This document shows, one piece after another, positions 7,919 through 16,184 of a DNA stretch of 26,986 nt; the first letter of the stretch is position 1, and each line of letters starts with the position of its first letter. Below the pieces are notes generated by a model that saw only the letters and a program-made list of their open reading frames with translations, was not told the DNA's origin and did not search any database. A program made the translations under genes and the position numbers. This stretch comes from Bacteriovoracia bacterium (GTDB lineage Bacteria > Bdellovibrionota > Bacteriovoracia > Bacteriovoracales > Bacteriovoracaceae), in the NCBI GenBank assembly GCA_046570105.1, contig JBKHVI010000041.1:1-26986 (forward strand). The letters are read 5' to 3'.

Positions 7919-10639
7919 CTACTGATTGGTAAAATAGTCGTCATCATCAATAGATTTAGGTTTTTCACCGGCAGCTTCCCCACTCAAATCTTGTGAATCG
8001 GAAAATCCAGGACTTGAACTTGGATCCATACCTTCTGCAAAACTTTCCATGAAGCCGCCACTCTCACCAGTTCGTAATGGTTTACCGGTTTCTTTGTTTA
8101 CAAGAATGTTTGTGATCCCATCCGGAGTAATAAACTCGGGTGCTCCGTATTTGGCCACAGCACTCTCCATATACTCCATCCAGACCGGTAAAGCCGTTTT
8201 ACCACCGGTCTCACCGTAACCAAGTGTGCTGTTACCATCAAAACCTATCCAAGAGCCGGCGACGACCGAGCCCGAGTAACCCACAAAAAGTGCATCAACG
8301 TAATTGTTGGTTGTTCCAGTCTTGCCGGCCAGATTCGGAGCGACACTTTTTGCAGCGGCTGCCGTGCCGTATTGAACAACACCTTCAAGAATACGAGTCA
8401 TCACAAAGGCCAAGCGTGGATCGTAAACTTGTTTGTCGGTGAGGTTTTGGCGCCAAGGATTTTCTTGAAGTGGATTAACTTCTGCTGGTGCCTCTTCTGT
8501 TACTGCTGTCACTGAAGGAGCCACGATTTCACTTTTAACCTCAGCATCGAAATTATATTTTTTCCCATGACGATCTTTGACCGAGACGATCGCCTGCAAT
8601 GCGAGTCTTTTTCCACCATTGGCAAATATGGCGTAACTTTTCACTAGTTCAGTCAGGCTGATGCCGAATGAACCAAGACCAATACTCATATCTTTTGGAA
8701 GCTGGCAGTTGATTCCGAGACGTTCAACAAATGAAGTGACCTTGGAAACACCCAGATCCTGCAGAATACGAATGGTAGGAATGTTGCGACTGACCTCCAG
8801 AGCTTTTCGGAAAGTCATTTGGCCCATGAATTCACCATCATAGTTTCTTGGCTTCCAGCTCAAATTATCACTCGCACCACCAAGTGCCTGTGGAGTATCG
8901 AGAATGATAGTACTCGGTGTGTAACCCTCTTCGAGTGCGGCGGCGTATATGAAAGGCTTAAAGGCAGAGCCAGGCTGACGAGCCGCCTGAAGGGCACGAT
9001 TGAATTGACTCTTTCCAAAATCAACTCCGCCCACCATCGTTAAAATATTTCCGGTACGCGGATCAAGTGCAACGAACGCACCTTCTGCATCGGGTCTTTG
9101 ATCAAGCTCAGCCACAATGACTTTCTGCGCTTGCAAGGATTTGACCATGCCGACATCGAGTTTTCTTTTTTTGTAATCAGCATTGATCAATCCCCATACC
9201 GATTGATTTTCACCCGTCACACGGACTTGGATTTGATCACCCGCTTTGACAATCGTAGAGGGTTTTGTCACTGGAGCAAACCATTTGGGCTCTTCATCTA
9301 ACACACGCTGGTGCGCCCAACCAAAACCTGACTCTGGAATTACTAAACGAACACCACCAACAGAGGCGTAGATCAAACGCTGAACATCATTCGTTCGAAG
9401 AACAACAGCTGGATATGTTTTATCTTTCTTGAGCAATGGCACTAAACGATCATCGGCTTTATTTCCGATCACGATGTCAGAACGAAAGCGCACATTTAGG
9501 CTCTCTTCTGTTTCCTTATAATAGGACTGCAACTGACTCCACTCATCTTCAATCGCCGAAAATTCAAATTTGTTGCTTCCTTCAGTCACAAAATAAAAAT
9601 AGGACGACGAATCACGGTAAATTTTTTGGCGCTGACGCTCAAGTTCTGAGCTGATTGCTTCATCAGTGTCCAGGTGCGCTAATGGCCCCTTATAACCTTG
9701 TCGCTTATCTAACTCTTTCACATTTCGAACCACAGCAGCTTCTGCTTTCTCTTGCAGTGGCCAATCGAGCGTGGTCACAACTTCAAAGCCTTCAGTCAAA
9801 AATTCTTCTTCTCCAACTAGCGCCATGATCTTTTGGCGTACCCAATCGGTAAAATGTCCGCCCTTCATTGCAGTTGAGGAACGAAGACGCATTTTAATGT
9901 CTTCTTTCTTAGCTGCTTCGTACTCTTCTTCGGTAATTTTTTTGGTATCGAACATTCTTCGAAGAACGTAGAGTTGGCGGCGCTTAGCGTAGGTTGGATT
10001 TACGTATGGAGAATAACGACCAGGTGCCACCAAGAGTCCAGCGACCAGTGCACTTTCAGCAACGGTAGCATCTTTTAATTCTTTGTCGAAATAACCACTC
10101 ACGGCTGCTTTGACACCGTAATAACCGCCACCCAAATACACTTGATTTAAATACAAAAAGAGAATGTCTTCTTTAGAGAACTTCTCTTCCATTTTTTGCG
10201 CCAAGAGTAGATCTTTTACTTTTCTTGAGAGTGTGCGCTCTTTTGAAAGTAGTAAAGTCTTGGCGACCTGCTGAGTGATAGTAGAGCCACCCTGTACTAG
10301 ACGGCCTTCTTTCAGGTTCACCATGAAAGCGCGTGCGATACCTAAATAATCAACGCCTTTATGATTCCAGAAATTATCGTCCTCAGCTGCGAGGAAAGCA
10401 TCTACTACTCGTGTAGGAATTTCTTTGAACTGAACGACATCACGAGTTTCTTTGCCGATCTCTAAAAGAGGTGTGCCGTCACGCGCGACAATTCGTGAGT
10501 TCATAGGCGGACGATAATCTGCCAGGGAATTAATTTGCGGGAGATCGGATGCAATCCAACTGACTACACCAAAAATTACACCAAGACCGAGTACGCCCAT
10601 GGCGGCGAGAACGAGAATAACTTTTACCAGACGCTTCAC
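7919..10639 (-). CDS. mrcA: Class A penicillin-binding protein 1A (transglycosylase/transpeptidase)
   Basis: N-terminal TM; GT51 motifs EDDNFWNHKG, GGSTITQQ, ILFLYLN; transpeptidase SAFK, SRN, KTGT; OB-type insertion; GTG start. Confidence 0.93.
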   Translation of the reverse strand: MKRLVKVILVLAAMGVLGLGVIFGVVSWIASDLPQINSLADYRPPMNSRIVARDGTPLLEIGKETRDVVQFKEIPTRVVDAFLAAEDDNFWNHKGVDYLGIARAFMVNLKEGRLVQGGSTITQQVAKTLLLSKERTLSRKVKDLLLAQKMEEKFSKEDILFLYLNQVYLGGGYYGVKAAVSGYFDKELKDATVAESALVAGLLVAPGRYSPYVNPTYAKRRQLYVLRRMFDTKKITEEEYEAAKKEDIKMRLRSSTAMKGGHFTDWVRQKIMALVGEEEFLTEGFEVVTTLDWPLQEKAEAAVVRNVKELDKRQGYKGPLAHLDTDEAISSELERQRQKIYRDSSSYFYFVTEGSNKFEFSAIEDEWSQLQSYYKETEESLNVRFRSDIVIGNKADDRLVPLLKKDKTYPAVVLRTNDVQRLIYASVGGVRLVIPESGFGWAHQRVLDEEPKWFAPVTKPSTIVKAGDQIQVRVTGENQSVWGLINADYKKRKLDVGMVKSLQAQKVIVAELDQRPDAEGAFVALDPRTGNILTMVGGVDFGKSQFNRALQAARQPGSAFKPFIYAAALEEGYTPSTIILDTPQALGGASDNLSWKPRNYDGEFMGQMTFRKALEVSRNIPTIRILQDLGVSKVTSFVERLGINCQLPKDMSIGLGSFGISLTELVKSYAIFANGGKRLALQAIVSVKDRHGKKYNFDAEVKSEIVAPSVTAVTEEAPAEVNPLQENPWRQNLTDKQVYDPRLAFVMTRILEGVVQYGTAAAAKSVAPNLAGKTGTTNNYVDALFVGYSGSVVAGSWIGFDGNSTLGYGETGGKTALPVWMEYMESAVAKYGAPEFITPDGITNILVNKETGKPLRTGESGGFMESFAEGMDPSSSPGFSDSQDLSGEAAGEKPKSIDDDDYFTNQ

Positions 10640-10699
10640 AGGTGCCTTTGAAAGAGTTTTGAACCCATATTATAGAGGCGTCTGCAGGATGGGCGAAGC

Positions 10700-10933
10700 C
10701 TATTCTTGCCAAGGCTCTTCTTTAAGTCCGTCGGTTAAAACCTTAATCTTTTTCTCGGCCTCTTGTAGAGATTGCCGACAAGACTGATAAAGTTTAACGC
10801 CACTTTCAAAACGTTCCAGACTTTCATCTAGGCCTAATTGACCCTTCTCTAATTCTTGAACGATTTTCTCCAGCTTTTGCAGTGACTCTTCCAAAGCGAT
10901 GGTTTCTTTGCCTTCGGTGCTTTTCTTGACCAT
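10700..10933 (-). CDS. xseB: Exodeoxyribonuclease VII small subunit
   Basis: LEESLQKLEKIVQELEKGQLGLDESLERFESGVKL...C...L..AEKKI signature. Start moved to ATG 10933 to give a typical length. Confidence 0.93.
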   Translation of the reverse strand: MVKKSTEGKETIALEESLQKLEKIVQELEKGQLGLDESLERFESGVKLYQSCRQSLQEAEKKIKVLTDGLKEEPWQE

Positions 10934-11094
10934 GGAATTGCCTACTTGTTGGAGTTTTGACGGATAAGTTTTATCTGATTCTCCCACGTCGCTTACAGAT
11001 TCTCAAGATTCCAACGATTTAAGCAGTGAGACAGAGGGGAAAAAATGTCCCGGGGGTGTTGGTAGAACCACACCCTGGCGTACAATTTTGCCTA

Positions 11095-11134
11095 GAGGCT
11101 AGGACGGCCTCAAAACGCGCGGTCATGGAGGACC
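11095..11134 (+). promoter_or_regulatory. Tandem putative CsrA-binding hairpins in the flgF leader
   Basis: GAGGCT-AGGAC-GGCCTC (11095-11111) and GGTC-ATGGAG-GACC (11121-11134). The second covers the SD and matches (A/U)CANGGANG(U/A). Confidence 0.6.
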
Positions 11135-11974
11135 ATGAAGAACATCTGGGTTCCGCTTTCCGGACAAATTGCACAACAACGTAAGGTTGAGACAATCGCC
11201 AACAACGTGGCGAACGCCAACACGCCCGGTTTTAAAAAAGACCAACTCGTATTTAAAGAACATCTCACTGCACTCAGTAAAGGTAGTGATGACATTCATA
11301 TTCCTAACAAAGAATTTTCACCGCAAGACTTCTATCACACGCATGGCGGAGAGAACGCCCATGTAGCAATCGCGGGATCTTATACTATTCAGGATCAAGG
11401 ACAACTTGTTCCAACCAATAACCCACTCGATCTGGCGTTAAATGGTTCGGGCTTTATGGAAGTACTCACTCCTCAGGGCGTTCGCTTCACTCGCCGCGGA
11501 AATTTCTCACTTTCTAAAGATGGTGAGCTGGTCACAGATCAGGGTTACAAAGTGCTTCATTCGCTGGAAGTTCCAGCAGAAGAATTACGTGGACCGGCCA
11601 GCAGCGGTCTTCCAAGCCCAGAAGAGCGTGTCATTCGCTTGCCTCATAATCAGGCGGTCACTTTTAGCCGAGAAGGCGAAATCCTCACGCGTGATGGCTC
11701 ACTGGGAAAAATATCTGTTGTTGAATTCGCAGACACACAGGCTTTACGCAAAGAAGGCAACTCACTTTTTATTAATCCGAGCGAAGACAATGCTCGTCGA
11801 GTAGAGATCAAGACAACCGTTAATCAAGGTTTTGTTGAAGGCTCAAACGTAAACGCCGTGGAAGAGATGTCTGAGCTGATTAAAGCTCACCGCCACTTTG
11901 AATCGATCCAGAAAGCCATTAATGCATATGACAGTATCAACGGCAAAGCCGTTAACGATTTAGCGAAATTCTGA
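11135..11974 (+). CDS. flgF: Flagellar basal-body rod protein FlgF
   Basis: IANNVANANTPGFK, TNNPLDLAL.G.GF, FTRRGNF, QGFVEGSNVNAVEEM. Directly upstream of flgG. Confidence 0.9.
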   Translation: MKNIWVPLSGQIAQQRKVETIANNVANANTPGFKKDQLVFKEHLTALSKGSDDIHIPNKEFSPQDFYHTHGGENAHVAIAGSYTIQDQGQLVPTNNPLDLALNGSGFMEVLTPQGVRFTRRGNFSLSKDGELVTDQGYKVLHSLEVPAEELRGPASSGLPSPEERVIRLPHNQAVTFSREGEILTRDGSLGKISVVEFADTQALRKEGNSLFINPSEDNARRVEIKTTVNQGFVEGSNVNAVEEMSELIKAHRHFESIQKAINAYDSINGKAVNDLAKF

Positions 11975-11984
11975 GGGGGATTAG

Positions 11985-12770
11985 ATGATTAGAGCTCTCC
12001 ATACAGCAGCAACCGGAATGGCGTCACAAGAAGCTAATGTGAATACCATTTCTAACAACCTCGCTAACGTCAATACGACTGGTTTTAAAAAAGCCCGTAC
12101 AGAATTTGATGATCTTCTTTATGAAACTGTGCAAGAAGCAGGTGCCCGCTCTTCGGCCGACAGTGAATTCAACGTAGGAATTCAAGTAGGCTCTGGATCA
12201 AAAGTTTCTGCTACTCGCAAAGTTCACTCGCAAGGCTCACCACAAATGACCAATAACCCCTATGACCTCATGGTTAATGGCGAAGGTTTCTTTGGTGTAA
12301 TCGGAAATAACGGTGAAATGAAATACACCCGTGATGGTAGTTTCAACGTGGATGCACAAGGTAATCTTGTTACTCGTAGTGGCCAGCGTGTTTTCCCTGG
12401 TATCGCCGTTCCACCGAATATCATGAGCATTAATATTGCTGAAAACGGTGTCGTTGAAGCGTTCCTCAGAAATTCTCCTGAACCTATTAACCTGGGACAG
12501 ATCCCTGTTTTTACCTTTGTAAATCCAGTGGGCATGCGCTCTGAAGGTGGCAACATGCTAGCCGCTACCCAAGCTTCAGGACAGGCCATTCAAGGTGTTC
12601 CCGGAACTGATAACGCCGGCATCATCATGCAAGGTGCGATCGAGTCTTCTAACGTCAACGTTATGAATGAAATGACAGATCTTATCAAAGCTCAACGGGC
12701 CTATGAGATGAATTCAAAAGTCATGGGCATCGCAGATCAAATGTTACAAACCGTTAACAACGTACGCTAG
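11985..12770 (+). CDS. flgG: Flagellar basal-body distal rod protein FlgG
   Basis: MIRALHTAATGM..Q, ISNNLANVNTTGFKK.R.EFDDLLY, YTRDGSF, ESSNVN..EM..LI.AQRAYEMNSK...ADQML. 261 aa. Confidence 0.97.
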   Translation: MIRALHTAATGMASQEANVNTISNNLANVNTTGFKKARTEFDDLLYETVQEAGARSSADSEFNVGIQVGSGSKVSATRKVHSQGSPQMTNNPYDLMVNGEGFFGVIGNNGEMKYTRDGSFNVDAQGNLVTRSGQRVFPGIAVPPNIMSINIAENGVVEAFLRNSPEPINLGQIPVFTFVNPVGMRSEGGNMLAATQASGQAIQGVPGTDNAGIIMQGAIESSNVNVMNEMTDLIKAQRAYEMNSKVMGIADQMLQTVNNVR

Positions 12771-12775
12771 GAACT

Positions 12776-13642
12776 ATGAAGATTGTTTTAATTTTAACTT
12801 TGTTATCAGCTAGTTTAACTTGGGCCTGTGAACTTCCTGTTCCACAGCGACTTCTCATTGCTGGAAAAATTTCAGGTAAATGGGCCATTTCTAAAACTAA
12901 CTGTTCGGCGGAACAAATTTCAGAAGTTCATGCATTAATCCAAGATCAAGACGGAACGATTCCTGTGACTCGTCTACAAGCTGCACTTGGAAGTGGAATC
13001 CGTCTCGTTTCAAACAGCAAAGAAGTTCGTATTGATAATGTCGAAAGTCTCATTCGACGATCTTATACCGATGTCGGCGATGCGACAGTCACCATTAATA
13101 GCCCCTTCCAAGGCGCTTTAATTGAATTACCCATGAGCGGTGATTTGATGCTCCACTGTCATCCATGCCAATTTAGCGGCGAAGAGATTATGCGATTGAG
13201 TGTCCGTAATATGGCCGAACATCATAATGAATTTAATTTTCAAGCTAAGTTCGTACGTTACGTAGATGCATATCAGTTACGCCAACAACTTCCTGCATTC
13301 TCCCAAAAACTCAATTCAATGATGTTTGAGCAAGTGAAGGTTCCAGCTGCTGCCTATGGCCAGTATCTCACTGATTTATCGCGTATAGCATTCTATAAAA
13401 CCAACAAGTCACTCCGTAGAGGTGATGTTCTCAAGATTAGCGATTTAACACCCCTCACTCTTGTGCGTGCCGGAGATCGTGTTGAATTGGTCTTTGAAAA
13501 TCCCCATGTAAAAGTTAAATCCCAAGCGCTTTCTCGTCAAAATGGCGGAATGGGCGATCAAGTGGAAGTTTGGAACCAGGCAAACGGAAAAAAATATCGT
13601 GGTGTTGTCGTTGATCATAATCGCGTGGTGGTGGATCTATGA
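12776..13642 (+). CDS. flgA: Flagellar P-ring assembly chaperone FlgA
   Basis: Signal peptide; C-terminal LVRAGDRVEL...A...GGMGDQVEVWN..NGK...GVV motif; position between flgG and flgH. Confidence 0.85.
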   Translation: MKIVLILTLLSASLTWACELPVPQRLLIAGKISGKWAISKTNCSAEQISEVHALIQDQDGTIPVTRLQAALGSGIRLVSNSKEVRIDNVESLIRRSYTDVGDATVTINSPFQGALIELPMSGDLMLHCHPCQFSGEEIMRLSVRNMAEHHNEFNFQAKFVRYVDAYQLRQQLPAFSQKLNSMMFEQVKVPAAAYGQYLTDLSRIAFYKTNKSLRRGDVLKISDLTPLTLVRAGDRVELVFENPHVKVKSQALSRQNGGMGDQVEVWNQANGKKYRGVVVDHNRVVVDL

Positions 13643-14370
13643 AATTCTTAATGGCTGCTCTCTTTTTTATTACCGGCTGTGCTTCATATGTGAACGGCAT
13701 TCATAAACAAATTGACCGTGAAGAAGCACGACAAGACCCACGCAACTCGGCGAATGACCCCTACTCATCTTATCGTGAACAAGGAATCAAGCGCACACGT
13801 GCTGACAGAAGACCTGTACAGCATCCAAATTCACTGAGCAATCTCAATCCAACGAATGATATGCCACCTCCGGTGAAACGTGATTACCGTAGCAGCGGCC
13901 GCACCAGTGCTGACGACTTTGTGGATGACGGAACCTCTGGCTCACTATGGGTTAATGCTCCCGGCGGTTCTCTCTTTACTACGGATGTAACTAAACGAGT
14001 GGGCGATATTGTTATCGTGAATGTACTTGATAGTTTACGTGGACAAATTTCAAGCGAACTAAAGCGTGCTTTCCCTCAACCTCCCCCAAAAAAGGCCGCG
14101 GCAACAGCGGCAACTCCGGCCCCAGCCGCGCCAGAGCCCACTGATAAAGGTGATGAGTTAGAAACTAAGGTTTACGACAAAATCTCAGGTGTTGTAGCGG
14201 AAGAAATCAATAAAGATTACTTCCTACTGCGCGGAAAGAAAGAAGTCGTTTTTAGAAAGGAAAAAAGATTCATAGAAGTCCAGGCGCTTGTGGCGCGTAA
14301 GGATATTGCGGATAATGACACAATCAACTCGGATAAGCTTTTAGAGTCCCGAGTTATTATTTTGAGGTAA
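13639..14370 (+). CDS. flgH: Flagellar L-ring lipoprotein FlgH (divergent)
   Basis: Lipobox ITGC; GSLW...LF...VGDIVIV; ISGVV...LRGKKEV...DI...TINS motifs; lies between flgA and flgI. Confidence 0.8.
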   Translation: MKFLMAALFFITGCASYVNGIHKQIDREEARQDPRNSANDPYSSYREQGIKRTRADRRPVQHPNSLSNLNPTNDMPPPVKRDYRSSGRTSADDFVDDGTSGSLWVNAPGGSLFTTDVTKRVGDIVIVNVLDSLRGQISSELKRAFPQPPPKKAAATAATPAPAAPEPTDKGDELETKVYDKISGVVAEEINKDYFLLRGKKEVVFRKEKRFIEVQALVARKDIADNDTINSDKLLESRVIILR

Positions 14371-14373
14371 GTA

Positions 14374-15375
14374 ATGATGAAGTCGTTTTTACTCGTCTGT
14401 GCCCTTCTTCCTCTGACCGCCCTGGCTTCTGCCAGTCGAATCAAGGATCTCGTAACCGTAAAAGGTGTACGAGACAATCCATTGATTGGTTATGGTCTCG
14501 TCATTGGACTCAATGGAACAGGTGATGGTGGTGGTGAAATCACTAATACTTCATTGAAAAAAATGTTCCAAACCCTTGGGCTTAATACCCAAAAAGAAAT
14601 TACTTCAAAGAACGTTGCGGCAGTTATTGTGACGGCTAAACTTCCTGCTTTCGGACGAGTCGGCCAGAAAGTTGATGTGACTGTTTCTTCGATCGGTGAT
14701 GCCTCATCTTTGGCCGGCGGTACTCTCTTGGTAACCCCACTCAAAGGTGGCGACGGGAACATTTATAGTGTCGCCTCAGGCCCGCTCTCAGTTGGTGGTA
14801 TGAAGAAAGGTGCTAAGAACGGAACAACCGGCAGGATTCCAGATGGTGCCGTAGTCGAGCGCGAACTTGAAATTGCATTTAATGATAAAAAATCACTTCG
14901 TTTGGCACTCAATACGCCTGACTTCACAACTGCAGCTCGTATTGAAAAAGTTCTCAATCAAGAGCTTGGTGGTAAATACGCGACAGCCGCTGATGCCACT
15001 ACTATTGATCTCATCATCCCTACTCAGTACGAAAAGAAAGTCGTGGAGCTTATCGCCCAAGTGGAAAACTTCCGCGTAGTAGCTGATCTTGCGGCCAGAA
15101 TCGTGATCAACGAGCGCACTGGAACGCTAGTGGCCGGCGGTGATATCACACTTAAAAAGGTGGCTTTAAGTCACGGTGATTTGGTCTTAGAAGTTAAAGG
15201 CGGAGAGAATCCATCAGGTAAGCCTCAGGCCATTCATGTGATTGAACGCTCTACTACAATCAACGACTTAGTTAAGGCTTTGAACGCGATCGGAACAACT
15301 CCTGAGGATTTGATTTCAATCTTCCAGGCCTTAAAACAAAATGGCGCTTTAGTGGCCGAAATTGAGCTGATATGA
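14374..15375 (+). CDS. flgI: Flagellar P-ring protein FlgI
   Basis: RIKDL..VKGVRDNPLIGYGLVIGLNGTGD, KNVAAVIVTA.LP.F, SL.GGTLL.TPL.G.DG, DFTTA, INERTGT.V, LNAIG..P.DLISIFQALK..GAL.AE. Confidence 0.97.
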   Translation: MMKSFLLVCALLPLTALASASRIKDLVTVKGVRDNPLIGYGLVIGLNGTGDGGGEITNTSLKKMFQTLGLNTQKEITSKNVAAVIVTAKLPAFGRVGQKVDVTVSSIGDASSLAGGTLLVTPLKGGDGNIYSVASGPLSVGGMKKGAKNGTTGRIPDGAVVERELEIAFNDKKSLRLALNTPDFTTAARIEKVLNQELGGKYATAADATTIDLIIPTQYEKKVVELIAQVENFRVVADLAARIVINERTGTLVAGGDITLKKVALSHGDLVLEVKGGENPSGKPQAIHVIERSTTINDLVKALNAIGTTPEDLISIFQALKQNGALVAEIELI

Positions 15376-15438
15376 CCGGTCAATTTTTACACTATTTACG
15401 GGGTACTAGCGCCTGACCATGCCCCTATGTTACAATTT

Positions 15439-15465
15439 TAAAAGGTGTCCATGAAGGACCGACGT
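15439..15465 (+). promoter_or_regulatory. Putative sigma28 promoter for flgJ-flgM-flgN-flgK-flgL
   Basis: TAAA-N15-ACCGACGT in the 110-nt gap after flgI. It overlaps an extended -10-like TGTTACAAT (15428-15436). flgM/N/K/L are classic sigma28 targets. Confidence 0.5.
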
Positions 15466-15485
15466 CAAAAAACCAGGATGGTAGC

Positions 15486-15836
15486 ATGACGACAATTTCC
15501 GGCCCACATAACAAAGGCATGAAACCCGTTTCTCGTGAAGAAATGTTGAAGCCATACGTTGATGTTGCTGAGGGACTTGAAACGCAATTTTCCAATCACA
15601 TGATTGATCAAATGCGCAGAAGTATTCCGCGCGAAGGTGAGCCAAGCTCAGCGGAACAATATTATGAATCACTTATGGATTACGAGCACGCCAAAACCAT
15701 GGCACAATCAGATAGTGGAATTGGTTTAAAGCGAGTAATTTTGGAACAGATCGTGCCTGCACACTTAAAACAAACGCCTAATGCGCACTCTGTGCGTACC
15801 GCCTACAAGGCAAACGTCAAAGGAGTTGACGAATGA
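15486..15836 (+). CDS. flgJ: FlgJ-like rod-binding protein (no muramidase domain)
   Basis: VAEGLETQF...MIDQMRRSI...YESLMDYEHAK.MA...GIGL..I.EQ rod-binding pattern; 116 aa; lies between flgI and flgM. Confidence 0.82.
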   Translation: MTTISGPHNKGMKPVSREEMLKPYVDVAEGLETQFSNHMIDQMRRSIPREGEPSSAEQYYESLMDYEHAKTMAQSDSGIGLKRVILEQIVPAHLKQTPNAHSVRTAYKANVKGVDE

Positions 15837-16159
15837 GCAATAGCATTGACACCCGCTCGCCCTTCTTCCCGAAGAGCAAGAGTGGCCAGGTGAACCAATC
15901 GAGCACACACGGTGCTGGAGAGGCAAATCGCAATACTCCTGAGCGAACAGGCGAACTCACTGCTCGTACATCACAGGATGCGAAAGTCAGCATTCCAGAA
16001 GGTGTGCGCGACTTCTCTCGCATCAAGAAAGCGGCTGCGAGTGCGCCAGAACAAGATAACTCTGAAAAGATTGCGCGCTTGAAAGCACAAATTCAGGCCG
16101 GCACTTACGAAGTAGATTACGACGGACTTGCAGACAAGATGTTGCAATCCGAGTTCTAA
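15833..16159 (+). CDS. flgM: Anti-sigma28 factor FlgM
   Basis: Disordered N-terminus, VSI, and C-terminal EKIARLKAQIQAGTYEVD...LADKML. Confidence 0.93.
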   Translation: MSNSIDTRSPFFPKSKSGQVNQSSTHGAGEANRNTPERTGELTARTSQDAKVSIPEGVRDFSRIKKAAASAPEQDNSEKIARLKAQIQAGTYEVDYDGLADKMLQSEF

Positions 16160-16184
16160 CAATTTTTAGCTAAGGATACAGTCC

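Noticed and set aside
11076..11091. Sigma54-like TGGCG...TTGC upstream of flgF
   Set aside because: GG and GC are 11 nt apart rather than the strictly required 10; TACAAT as a sigma70-type -10 explains the site as well.
11020..11095. Possible c-di-GMP riboswitch in the xseB-flgF gap
   Set aside because: Hairpins exist, but the GEMM hallmarks (GCAAA/GGAAA junction motifs, GNRA loop and receptor) are not recognisable.
14075..14140. Repetitive GCN/CCN-rich stretch in flgH
   Set aside because: Explained by a Pro/Ala linker; not a DNA repeat element.
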